From Dehalococcoidia bacterium (GTDB lineage Bacteria; Chloroflexota; Dehalococcoidia; Lucifugimonadales; VXLM01), in contig OY759598.1 of the NCBI GenBank assembly GCA_963662435.1, forward strand, positions 3,879,923 to 3,943,922: a stretch of DNA of 64,000 nt. Direction: 5' to 3'. Of the stretch, positions 44,824 to 53,401 are shown in pieces; position 1 is the first letter of the stretch, and every line of letters begins with the position of its first letter. The position numbers and the translations under genes are program-made. The notes under the pieces are model-generated. The model was given only the letters and a program-made list of their open reading frames with translations, ran no database searches and was not told the DNA's origin.

Positions 44824-45138
44824 ATGAGAGACGCAGATATGTCAGTTCCCACGCAATCATCCAGGCCAACAGCGCAAACCCGCCCGTTGGAAGCGATTGC
44901 CCGCTTGGGCGACGAAATATACGAGCGGGACATCAGGGCACAGGTCGAAGCTGCCCATCACGGGCAGATCGTCGCCATCGACGTTGACAGCGAGAGTTGG
45001 GCCATCGCCGACAGTGAGCTTGCCGCAGCGGAGCGTCTGCGATTGCAGCGGTCGGGCGCTGCCAATGTCTGGCTGCTGCGTGTCGGCTATCGTGCAATAG
45101 CCAGCATTGGGGGTGGGTCTCTGCGGAGGACCGGGTGA
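44824..45138 (+). CDS. small DUF5678-like protein (second copy of the cassette)
   Basis: AAAGGAGG lies before the ATG at 44824. HHGQIVAIDVDSESWAIADSELAAAERL parallels 30457-30708. Confidence 0.55.
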   Translation: MRDADMSVPTQSSRPTAQTRPLEAIARLGDEIYERDIRAQVEAAHHGQIVAIDVDSESWAIADSELAAAERLRLQRSGAANVWLLRVGYRAIASIGGGSLRRTG

Positions 45139-45506
45139 TCGAAGGGGTTGTGAACGCCGCTCGTGAAGCCATCGTGTCCCTTCCCCTACAAGGGCTGGCG
45201 GGGCAAACGCTGGAAATAGATGCCGTGGTGGACACTGGGTTCAACCGATTCCTAACCTTGCCCCCAACTACGGTGGCTGAGTTGGGACTGGTCCTCACGG
45301 GCGTCAACCGTGTAGTCTTGGCAGACGGCAGCGAGGTAACTGTTCCTTCCTACGCCGTCACCGTGCTGTGGGACGGCCAGACGAGGGATATTGTTGCCCT
45401 TGCCGCCGACACCATCCCCCTCATTGGTATGGCCTTGCTCGACAGCCATAGCCTGTACGTAGAAGTAAAGGATGGGGGCCGCGTCGCCATTCAGGCCATA
45501 GAGTAG
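45135..45506 (+). CDS. retropepsin-like clan AA aspartic protease (DTGF type)
   Basis: EIDAVVDTGFNRFLTLP and a C-terminal PLIGMALLDSHSLYVEVKDG. The GTG start overlaps the upstream stop. Confidence 0.7.
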   Translation: MIEGVVNAAREAIVSLPLQGLAGQTLEIDAVVDTGFNRFLTLPPTTVAELGLVLTGVNRVVLADGSEVTVPSYAVTVLWDGQTRDIVALAADTIPLIGMALLDSHSLYVEVKDGGRVAIQAIE

Positions 45507-45535
45507 CCGAGCGCACCGCATCCCCTCTTTCCATC

Positions 45536-46090
45536 CTATTTCAACCGAGCCCCATACGGCAGACACAATAGTAACGGAAAACTCAGGTACTCTTGGACAG
45601 TGGGCATTGGGCGCAGGTCCATACCGCCGAATCCGTCGCGGATGCACGAGGCTGTTTCCTCGGTCAACTCGCCGGTTGCCGTCAGGGGCTCGCTCAGGAA
45701 GAGGCGCAGCACCGTCTCATCTTCCAGGCAGTCGAGGATGGCGTCTCCCTCTTGGGACGAATCGGTGGATGTCATGGCGGCCATCACCTTAGCGACGGCG
45801 ATGTCGTTGTCGGAGAGGCAGGATTGTTCGCCAGCCGATAGGCCGGACAGAAACGCCTGAGGATCGACCATATTGAGGGCGGTAAGGCCCTGTGCGGTCT
45901 CCGAACCGTCCCCCGGAGGAGTTTCCGTTGCCGTAGGTTGTGGGGTGGCCGTTGGCGTGGCGGTGGCCTCCGGCGCACGCGTGATTGTTGGCTCAGTCGT
46001 GGGCTGCGCTGCCGGGGTTGAGTCATCCCTGGAGCAGGCCAGGATTGCGAACAACGACACGAGGATGACCAGGACGATCATCTTCGACAT
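45536..46090 (-). pseudogene. 3'-truncated paralog of the six-Cys-module lipoprotein
   Basis: Colinear with 38437-39864 up to ..CIRDGFGGMDLRPM. At the duplication boundary (about 45606) it runs into unrelated sequence. Confidence 0.65.
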
Positions 46091-46565
46091 GTTCAGCCTC
46101 CGTGGGTGAGAAGTGAGGCCGTTCTCTAGCCGCCTCAAATCAGCGTCCACCCTTCAGAGAGAACTTAGCCGCCACCCGTTGCAAGTCTCAATTGGAAGTC
46201 AGGCCCCCGGAGGGCGGTAACTCACCGTCTTCTGGGTAGCTGCGTCGATCTCCTCTGGGGTGAGCAACTGCACCGTACTGATGCTAAGAGCGCCTCCCGC
46301 CGTGATGGCAAGGGAGATCGCGGCTGCCGTCGCCGCATCGGGCAGGTCAAAGATGATGTACAGGTCCGCACCGCCGAAGGCGTAGTAGAACGCCTCCAGA
46401 TGTCCGCCTTGCTCCCTTCCCATCTCTTCGAAGACCTTCCGTCGCGAACTGCCGCCTTCCCGCAGCAGGCCCTGCATCCCCGTCGGTGTGTAATTTGCCT
46501 GATACAGGTACTTGGCCATAATCATTCCCCCTATTCCAGTGTGGGCGTGTCCTTGCTATCTGGTG
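45606..46565 (-). repeat. right copy of the 0.96-kb direct segmental duplication
   Basis: See 39376-40335. The offset is about 6.23 kb. Confidence 0.75.
46199..46519 (-). CDS. GYD-domain protein (paralog, about 95% aa identity to 39972-40292)
   Basis: The protein sequence is nearly identical to the first copy. Confidence 0.75.
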   Translation of the reverse strand: MAKYLYQANYTPTGMQGLLREGGSSRRKVFEEMGREQGGHLEAFYYAFGGADLYIIFDLPDAATAAAISLAITAGGALSISTVQLLTPEEIDAATQKTVSYRPPGA

Positions 46566-46783
46566 ACTACGCCATGCAAAGCCATCGGCGATCTCCTTGG
46601 CCCCTTCCCCATCGTTGAGGTTTACGAAGACCTGCGGGTTGCCGCTCACCCAGGCTTCCCGGTCAATCCAGAACCTCCGAGAGAACCTCAGCCTGCTGCA
46701 AAGTTCAGGGGCCGCCGGCGACATCGCAGGCGGCCCCCACGTGCTCCGGTTTCCTCCGGCTGCGCCGGATTAGCCGTTGTCCA

Positions 46784-49700
46784 TTAGTCGTCGTCGATGA
46801 TGGTCATGGTCCCTTCCTCGCGTTCCAGCATCGCGCCATTCGGGGAGGAGAGCGTCACCGTGAAGACTTCGTCCGGCTCGTCTCTGGAATCCTGATTTAG
46901 CCACACGGCTCCCGTGCCGCTGGTCTCGCCGGCGCGAATCACTATCTCTCCTCTCGCATGCCAGAAGTCGTAGTCGTAGCCCTGCCCGCCGCGCGCCCGG
47001 TCTGGGCTTTGCGAATGACTGGTAGCCCACTGCACGGTGACGTCCTCATTCGACGCCTCGGACAAGGTCACACGGAACACCAGATCCGAAGCGCTTTCCG
47101 ATGCGGAAGCGTCCGCTATGGAAATGGTTACCGCGGTCTCCACCGGCGGCGCATCGTCGTCGTCCGCCACGCTGACGGTGGCCGTGCCCTGCGATGAGGA
47201 CACCGTGTAGCCGTTGCCGGCGTTCACGGTTGCGGTGACGGAGCCGTCGGCCTCGTCTGCTGAGTCGTCGGTGGTGGCGACGGTGAACGTCGCGCTGCCG
47301 CCCGTCGGGATGGTCACCGTTCGCGATCCGGTGGTTGCGCCGTAGTCGCCGCTGGCGGAGACCGTCACGCTGACCGACAGGTCGGCGGCGGGAACCGGGC
47401 TGGCGGTGAGCGTGAAGCTGGCGTTTCCGCCCTCGGTCACGCCGTTGCCAGCGGTGACCGAGACCGCCGGAACGTCGTCGTCCGCCACGCTGACCGTGGC
47501 CGCGCCCTGCGACGCGGACACCGTGTAGCCATTGCCGGCGTTTGCCGTGGCCGTCACCGACCCGTCGGCTTCGTCGTTCCCGTCGTTAGTCGTGGCGACG
47601 GTGAACGTCGCTGTGCCGCCCGTCGGGACGGTCACCGTCCGCGAGCCGGTGGTGGCGCCGTAGTCGCCGCTGGCCGAGACCGTCACGCTGACCGACAGCG
47701 CGCTCGTCGGCGCCGGGTTCGCCGTGATGGTGAAGCTGGCGTTTCCACCCTCGATCACGCCGCTGCCAGCGGTGACGCTCACCACCGGGATGACCACCGG
47801 ATGTTGCTGCTGCGGATCGTCGTCGTCCTGGACTTGCGCCGTCTCCGACGACAACTGCCCCACCGTGTAGCCGTTGCCGGGGTTCAGCGTCAGCGTCACC
47901 GAGCCGTTGGCCTCGTCCGTGGAGTCGTCCGTCGTCGGCAACGTCAGCGTCTTGCTGCTCGTGCCGCCGGCGATGGTCACCGTGCGGGAACCGGCGGTCA
48001 CGCCGTAGTCGCCCGAGGTGGCAACCGTTACGCTCACCGCCAGGTCCGCCGTGGGCGCGGGGTTCGCGCTCACGGTGAACGTCACGTTGGAGCCTTCGGT
48101 TCCGCCGGCGGCGCTGGTGATGTTCACCTCCGGCGTGGGCGGCGGCGTCTGCTGGGTCTGCTGCGCCGCCAGCGCCGCCAGAGCCGCCTGCACCTTGGGC
48201 AGCGTGACGATGCTGTCCTGCCAGCCGTGGCGTTTCGAGTTCTCGAGCCAGGCGGCGATTTTCGCATCGCTCATGCCGGTCCGGCCTTCCAGACGGTCCA
48301 GGATCAGGTTCCAGTCGCGGACGCCGGCCGCGTGGTTCCGAGCGGTGAAGGCGTCGATGTGCGCCTGGACTTCCGCGATCAGCGCCGGATCCACCGTGTA
48401 GGTCGCCGGCTGTTGCTGCTGCGGGTCGTCGTCGTCCTGGATTTGCGCCGTCTCCGACGACAACTGCCCCACCGTGTAGCCGTTGCCGGGGTTCAGCGTC
48501 AACGTCACCGAGCCGTCGGCCTCGTCCGTGGAGTCGTCCGTCGTCGGCAGCGTCAGCGTCGCGCTGGTCGTACCGCCGGCGATGGTCACCGTGCGGGAGC
48601 CGGCGGTCACGCCGTAGTCGCCCGAGGTGGCAACCGTCGCGCTCACCGCCAGGTTGGCCGTGGGCGCGGGGCTCGCGCTGACGGTGAACGTCACGTTGGA
48701 GCCTTCGGTTCCGCCGGCGGCGCTGGTGATGTTCACCTCAGGCGTCGGTGGCGGCGTCTGCTGGGTCTGCTGCGCCGCCATCGCTGCCAGAGCCGCCTGC
48801 ACCTTGGGCAGCGTGACGATGCCGTCCTGCCAGCCATGGCGTTTCGAGTCCGCGAGCCAGGCGGCGATTTTCGCATCGCTCATGCCGGTCCGGCCTTCCA
48901 GACGGTCCAGGATCAGGTTCCAGTCGCGGATGCCGGCCGCGTGGTTCCGAGCGGTGAAGGCGTCGATGTGCGCCTGGACCTCCGCGATCAGCGCCGGGTC
49001 CACCGTGTAGGTCGGCGGCGGCGGATCTTCCGGCGCGCCGCCTCTGATGCCGTCGGCGGCGACTGGATCGTCGTCAACCAGCGTCAGGGTGACGCTGGAC
49101 GGCGCGCCCACCGTGTACCCGCTCGGTGTCCTGTGGTCGGGCATGATCCGCCCGACCACCGTGCCGTCGGCCAGATCGAGCTCGTCGGAGTAGGTCGTGA
49201 TCGTCCACGTCGTCGAGGACTGGTGGGCGGAGAGGATGATCGTGGTCAGCTGGGAGCTGGCGACGAGGTCCACGCCCGAGCCCATCTCTTCATCCGCGGC
49301 CAGGTTGACCGTGACGTCGAACTGCGGCGCCGGGTCGGCGGTGATGGTGAAGGTCACGTCGCCGCCTTCGGTGACGGACGTCGCCGCGCTGGCGATGGTC
49401 AGCGTCGGCGGCAGCGCCTGCTCCTGTTCCGAGGCCGCTACGATCTCGACCACGCGGGTTTCCTCGTAGCGCATGCCGCTGATATAGCGACTGGCCGTGT
49501 TCCGGTTGGGGCCGGGTTGACGCAGGCTGGGGTCGGGCAGGTCGGTGTCGGTCCGCCCCAACCAGTCGTAGTTCCAGAAGGAGATCGTCTTTCTGGTTCC
49601 CGGCGCCGCATCCTCCTTGACGTGCAGTCTCAGCCTGACCGTGCCGTTGGTCGCCGCGTTGACATCATGGCCCGTGCCCCAGTCGAAATCCGTACTGGAG

Positions 49701-51610
49701 GATGGCCTGTCATTGCCGTAACTGTTCGGCGACACCCCAATATCGCAAACCGGGCTACCAAACCGGTCGTTGCAGCCGCTGACCTTGACGTAGATGTAAT
49801 CCCGGCTCCGATGGGTTGCCAAGGCCGGGTTCAACAGCTTGATCAGCACGTCGTGGGTAGCGCCCACCTCCAGTTCATCCGGGATGGCTTCCCGCAGGCC
49901 GCCGTCGCTCGCCTTGGTCCAGGTGCCCCCGCCGTCGCCGGAGTAGAGGAACTCCTGATCCCAATCGTCGTCGTCAACGATGCGGAGATCCACGTACCCC
50001 GGGCCGTACGCCGGCGGCATGAGTCTTCTTTGCTGGGTCGGACCAATCCCCTCCTGGCCTGGCGGGCCGTCGTACACGTAGCCGCCGCCGGGCGCGGTTG
50101 TGCGCACCCGGTGCTCCAGCACGATGGCTTCATCGTAGGCGTCGGCGTCGTGACCGGCGGAAAAGGTGACCGTCTGCCAGTTGTTGCGTTCCGGCCAACT
50201 GATCTGGTTCGTGTGGTAAGGGCAGCCGCCAAACAGGTCATGCCACTGCGTGGTGGAAATGGAAGTGGCCGAAGTGACTAAGATACTGCTGCTCTCGCCA
50301 ACCGGAGTCATTGTCCCATGGTCGTCGGTCCCGTGGCACCTGATCCGGTCCCAATCCGCCAGACCGACTCCGACGTTGTGAGGGCCCTTCTTTCGCGTGT
50401 CCTCGATGGCGACGCTTGCTTCTCCAAACTCATCGCCCTGGTTCGGGTGTCCGGTCAGCTTGTACTGGTACGTGACCTGGCCGCCGCCCTCCACCAACTG
50501 GACCAGCGGGCGGTCCGACTCCACCCAGCCGGCGTCGCTGCTGGTCGAGCAGGTTACTCCGTCGGGGCAGGTGCGGAAGAGGATCGGGCGTGGGCGGCTG
50601 CCGTCGCGGATCGTCAAACTGAAACGGTCAGTCAGTGGGCCGGTCGCATGCGGGTCGGCGCCGCCGCCCACGTTGGTGGCGGACCCGTGCTCCGCCCCAT
50701 CGAAATCGGCGTTTGACGCCAGACTAATGGTGATCGCTTCGTCTGGTTCCTGATTGGAGTCATCTTCGGCGGCGACCTTCAGGACGGCAGTCTGCGCGCC
50801 CGCGCCGCTGAAGGTGACGACCTGGTGCGCGAAATCCCCCCCGCTGCTGGCCACGCTCGAACCCAGGGATACCCCGGTATTGGGCGAGTCTTCGTCCAGC
50901 GTGATGGACCAATCCGACGTGGTGACGGCGTCCCCGGTTTGGAGGATGCGCAGCGGCACGGCGATGACCTCGGCGGGCCCGTGGTCCCCGGCGCCCACCA
51001 GCGGGCGGCTCAGGCTCACCTCGAACTGCGCCGTGTCGCCTTCGTACAGCGTGTCCTCGCCGGTATCAACGCGCGTCAGGGTGACCTCCGTCGGGTCGTT
51101 ATCGACCACAGTCAGCAGGATCGTGCGGTCTGCGGGGACGACGGTAAACGTGACGCCCGGGGTATTGGGGGAGTTGGGATAGATCTGCACGTATGCGTAG
51201 TTGGGTCTGTCCACTGCGTCGTCGTTCGGATGTATTCCATAGTCGATACTGGTCTGACCCTCGGCTATCAGCGTGCTGATCACCTGCGTGTTCCCGTTCG
51301 GGGCAGTTCCCGGGCTCCCCATGTCGATGCCGCCGGCCGGCGCCGCGCTGTCCAGGGTGAAGCGAAGGGTCCTTTGGCCGACCGAGCCTCCTTCGTTCAT
51401 GGTGGGGTAGGTGAAGCCGGCAGGGGGGCCGGCGCCGGCGATGGACATCGTGATTATGCGCGTGGTCTGCGCCGCGGCGTCAGGCGCGCTGCCGACGAAC
51501 AGCGCCAGCAGCAGCGCCGGGAGCAGGCCGAACAGCAGCGCCGTCCGGCGCCAGGCTCCGGCCTTTGCCCCGGTGACGGTCGAACCGGTCAAGAAAGATA
51601 ACGATTGCAT
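46784..51610 (-). CDS. giant secreted Calx-beta repeat protein (1608 aa)
   Basis: N-terminal signal (LLFGLLPALLLALFVGSAPDAAAQ). Many repeats of the type ..VTFTVSA.PAP...L.VSVTVATSGDYG...RTVTI..G....TLTLPTTDDS.DEADGSVT.TL and a terminal Calx-beta (..EVFTVTLSSPNGAMLEREEGTMTIIDDD). Confidence 0.85.
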   Translation of the reverse strand: MQSLSFLTGSTVTGAKAGAWRRTALLFGLLPALLLALFVGSAPDAAAQTTRIITMSIAGAGPPAGFTYPTMNEGGSVGQRTLRFTLDSAAPAGGIDMGSPGTAPNGNTQVISTLIAEGQTSIDYGIHPNDDAVDRPNYAYVQIYPNSPNTPGVTFTVVPADRTILLTVVDNDPTEVTLTRVDTGEDTLYEGDTAQFEVSLSRPLVGAGDHGPAEVIAVPLRILQTGDAVTTSDWSITLDEDSPNTGVSLGSSVASSGGDFAHQVVTFSGAGAQTAVLKVAAEDDSNQEPDEAITISLASNADFDGAEHGSATNVGGGADPHATGPLTDRFSLTIRDGSRPRPILFRTCPDGVTCSTSSDAGWVESDRPLVQLVEGGGQVTYQYKLTGHPNQGDEFGEASVAIEDTRKKGPHNVGVGLADWDRIRCHGTDDHGTMTPVGESSSILVTSATSISTTQWHDLFGGCPYHTNQISWPERNNWQTVTFSAGHDADAYDEAIVLEHRVRTTAPGGGYVYDGPPGQEGIGPTQQRRLMPPAYGPGYVDLRIVDDDDWDQEFLYSGDGGGTWTKASDGGLREAIPDELEVGATHDVLIKLLNPALATHRSRDYIYVKVSGCNDRFGSPVCDIGVSPNSYGNDRPSSSTDFDWGTGHDVNAATNGTVRLRLHVKEDAAPGTRKTISFWNYDWLGRTDTDLPDPSLRQPGPNRNTASRYISGMRYEETRVVEIVAASEQEQALPPTLTIASAATSVTEGGDVTFTITADPAPQFDVTVNLAADEEMGSGVDLVASSQLTTIILSAHQSSTTWTITTYSDELDLADGTVVGRIMPDHRTPSGYTVGAPSSVTLTLVDDDPVAADGIRGGAPEDPPPPTYTVDPALIAEVQAHIDAFTARNHAAGIRDWNLILDRLEGRTGMSDAKIAAWLADSKRHGWQDGIVTLPKVQAALAAMAAQQTQQTPPPTPEVNITSAAGGTEGSNVTFTVSASPAPTANLAVSATVATSGDYGVTAGSRTVTIAGGTTSATLTLPTTDDSTDEADGSVTLTLNPGNGYTVGQLSSETAQIQDDDDPQQQQPATYTVDPALIAEVQAHIDAFTARNHAAGVRDWNLILDRLEGRTGMSDAKIAAWLENSKRHGWQDSIVTLPKVQAALAALAAQQTQQTPPPTPEVNITSAAGGTEGSNVTFTVSANPAPTADLAVSVTVATSGDYGVTAGSRTVTIAGGTSSKTLTLPTTDDSTDEANGSVTLTLNPGNGYTVGQLSSETAQVQDDDDPQQQHPVVIPVVSVTAGSGVIEGGNASFTITANPAPTSALSVSVTVSASGDYGATTGSRTVTVPTGGTATFTVATTNDGNDEADGSVTATANAGNGYTVSASQGAATVSVADDDVPAVSVTAGNGVTEGGNASFTLTASPVPAADLSVSVTVSASGDYGATTGSRTVTIPTGGSATFTVATTDDSADEADGSVTATVNAGNGYTVSSSQGTATVSVADDDDAPPVETAVTISIADASASESASDLVFRVTLSEASNEDVTVQWATSHSQSPDRARGGQGYDYDFWHARGEIVIRAGETSGTGAVWLNQDSRDEPDEVFTVTLSSPNGAMLEREEGTMTIIDDD
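47805..49020 (-). repeat. 2 x 609-bp near-identical tandem coding repeat
   Basis: Antisense ORFs at 48018 and 48627 are near-identical and offset by 609 bp. The unit encodes a helical module plus one Ig-like/Calx-like domain. Confidence 0.8.
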
Positions 51611-51710
51611 CAGGAACCTCCGTAACGCTTGGAGTGGCTAAAGTTCGCGGGTTCTGCCTCTACCCGGGAGAAGCGCGGCCGTTTCACCCCGGCCCGAGAA
51701 CACGTGGAAA

Positions 51711-51738
51711 GGCCCGGCCAACTCACGTTGGCCGGGCC
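51711..51738. other. perfect 12-bp-stem hairpin (GGCCCGGCCAAC tcac GTTGGCCGGGCC), 100 bp upstream of the giant gene start
   Basis: Read directly. There is no flanking U-tract, so its role (5'UTR structure or terminator) is open. Confidence 0.4.
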
Positions 51739-52360
51739 CATGCGATGTTCACGCAACGACATCTCGGCTGCTATCCGCTGCTGAAACTGGAAAGCGCCAG
51801 CGTCCCTGGAATTTACACGCCTCAGGTCGGGGGGGGGGTGAATATCCTCGGCAGGTTAGTCATGTCGTCGAACCGCCCTGTTTCGCCCGGCTTATGTCAC
51901 GACGCAGTGCGGGCGCTGGATCGCGATATTTTCCAACTCAAGTCGATACATGTCACTTCAAGCCAACATAGAGTGTCTACCAATCTGGACGGAGATGTCA
52001 AGCCAAATCACAGTGCCGTAACTGTTCAGAGTTGACGAGACGAATGTCCCCAGACGCGGGGATTCGCCCTTGATCAAAGCTAAGCTACTCTAAGCTGGGC
52101 GCCTGTCTTTACCCAGCATCTTTGAGCCAGGGTTACCCACGAACATTGGGCTGCCATGACCGCCGGTTATTCGGATTCTGACAGGCTTCCGGTAGGCCGG
52201 TCTATCACCTCCTGTAGCTAGGTAGGATGGGGCTCCCCCAGCCACATATCTGAAACGCCACAAGACTGCATACACACGGCCTTGAGGGGAGGACACCATC
52301 GCGAGGTTGAGCGTCCTCCCAAGACCCTGGGAAACGACGCACGTTGGGGCTCGATCTCAT

Positions 52361-52400
52361 CCTGCATTATACCATGTGGCGCCACATGGTATAATGCAGG
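52361..52400. promoter_or_regulatory. perfect 40-bp palindrome containing a TATAAT box: candidate higBA operator/promoter
   Basis: CCTGCATTATACCATGTGGC|GCCACATGGTATAATGCAGG. TATAAT lies at 52390-52395 and the higB ATG at 52403. Confidence 0.7.
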
Positions 52401-52402
52401 TC

Positions 52403-52675
52403 ATGGAGTTCAGACATGCGGGATTGAGGCGATTGTGGGAACGTAACGATATCAGCCGCATCAACCCCGACCATGTGGCCCGCCTCAACGGCATCCTGGA
52501 CGACCTGGCTCAAGCCGTGCGACCCGAGGACATGCGCCGACCCAGCTACCGGTTGCATCAGTTGCGCGGCAACCGGCGGGGCACTTGGAGCGTCCGGCTA
52601 TCCGGCAACTGGCGGGTGACCTTCCGGTTCGTCGAAGGCCGCGCCGTGGACATAGACCTTGAGGACTACCACTAA
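52403..52675 (+). CDS. higB: HigB-type (RelE/ParE superfamily) toxin
   Basis: MEFRHAGLRRLWE...YRLHQLRGNRRGTWSVRLSGNWRVTFRFVEGRAVDIDLEDYH has the typical plasmid-maintenance-killer layout. Confidence 0.85.
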   Translation: MEFRHAGLRRLWERNDISRINPDHVARLNGILDDLAQAVRPEDMRRPSYRLHQLRGNRRGTWSVRLSGNWRVTFRFVEGRAVDIDLEDYH

Positions 52676-52693
52676 CCGAAGGAGGGTTTGCTG

Positions 52694-52966
52694 ATGAGCG
52701 CACAGAATCCTACCCATCCAGCCGCCGGTCTGCGGGACGACCTGGAGGAGGTGGGCTGGACCGTCAACGAGTTTGCCACCCGCCTGGGAGTCAGCCGGAA
52801 CACGGCCTCGCGGCTGCTGAACGGGCGATGCGCCATATCGCCCGAGGTGGCCCTTGCCTTGGAGCGCATCGGCTGGAGCAATGCCGATTTCTGGATGCGC
52901 CGTCAGGCCAGCTACGACCTAGGGATGGCCCGCCGTGCACAGGAAGCGACTCCTGTCGCGGGATAG
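52694..52966 (+). CDS. higA: HigA antitoxin (XRE-type HTH)
   Basis: HPAAGLRDDLEEVGWTVNEFATRLGVSRNTASRLLNGRCAISPEVALALERIGWSNADFWMRRQASYDL. Confidence 0.85.
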   Translation: MSAQNPTHPAAGLRDDLEEVGWTVNEFATRLGVSRNTASRLLNGRCAISPEVALALERIGWSNADFWMRRQASYDLGMARRAQEATPVAG

Positions 52967-53105
52967 TCGTGCAGTGCGCCGATGCACTCGGCTTGTAGGG
53001 CTGACCGCCGCGTGGAGTGCCTCGGGCGTCTTCAATTGGTCCCCTACGGACTGCACGGACGTGATTATCGGTATGCTAAACGCAGAAAGGCGCCACATAT
53101 AGTTG

Positions 53106-53145
53106 AGTGGGGGAGGACACCCAAGTCTAGGTGTCCTCCCCCACT
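53106..53145. terminator. 16-bp perfect stem-loop between convergent higA and the lipoprotein gene
   Basis: AGTGGGGGAGGACACC caagtcta GGTGTCCTCCCCCACT. The T-tract is weak (TTGTGTT). Confidence 0.45.
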
Positions 53146-53401
53146 TGTGTTGCGGCCTAGCGCCCTGCGTAGACTGTCTCCTTTTCCCGTTCCTGTTCCA
53201 ACTCCATTGCCCACTCGAACATGGACATGGAGACGGGCCAAGGCGTACCGATTTGCGAACTTTTCGCTGGGAGGTCCTGTTGTAAGGATCCCAAGTTAGT
53301 GCGCCTGGGTAGACGGCAGGCAGTACCATCTTTGAGTTTTGGATGGGACGGTGACCCTGACGACAGTATCCTCCCGCAATATTCCGACCCCCAACCTATC
53401 G

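Noticed and set aside
47801-50281. 826-aa plus-strand ORF, together with many 60-260-aa plus-strand ORFs, inside the two giant genes (46.8-51.6 and 56.2-64.0 kb).
   Set aside because: They are antisense to long, motif-rich Calx-beta ORFs. Their translations are Arg/Gly/Val/His-rich low-complexity strings and repeat only because the sense strand repeats. This is the typical high-GC shadow-ORF pattern.
52281-53145. Idea that higBA is an integron gene cassette, with the flanking hairpins as attC sites.
   Set aside because: There is no integron integrase or attI in the window. The hairpins lack the R''/R' GTTRRRY cores. It is kept only as a low-interest 'bracketing stem-loops' finding.
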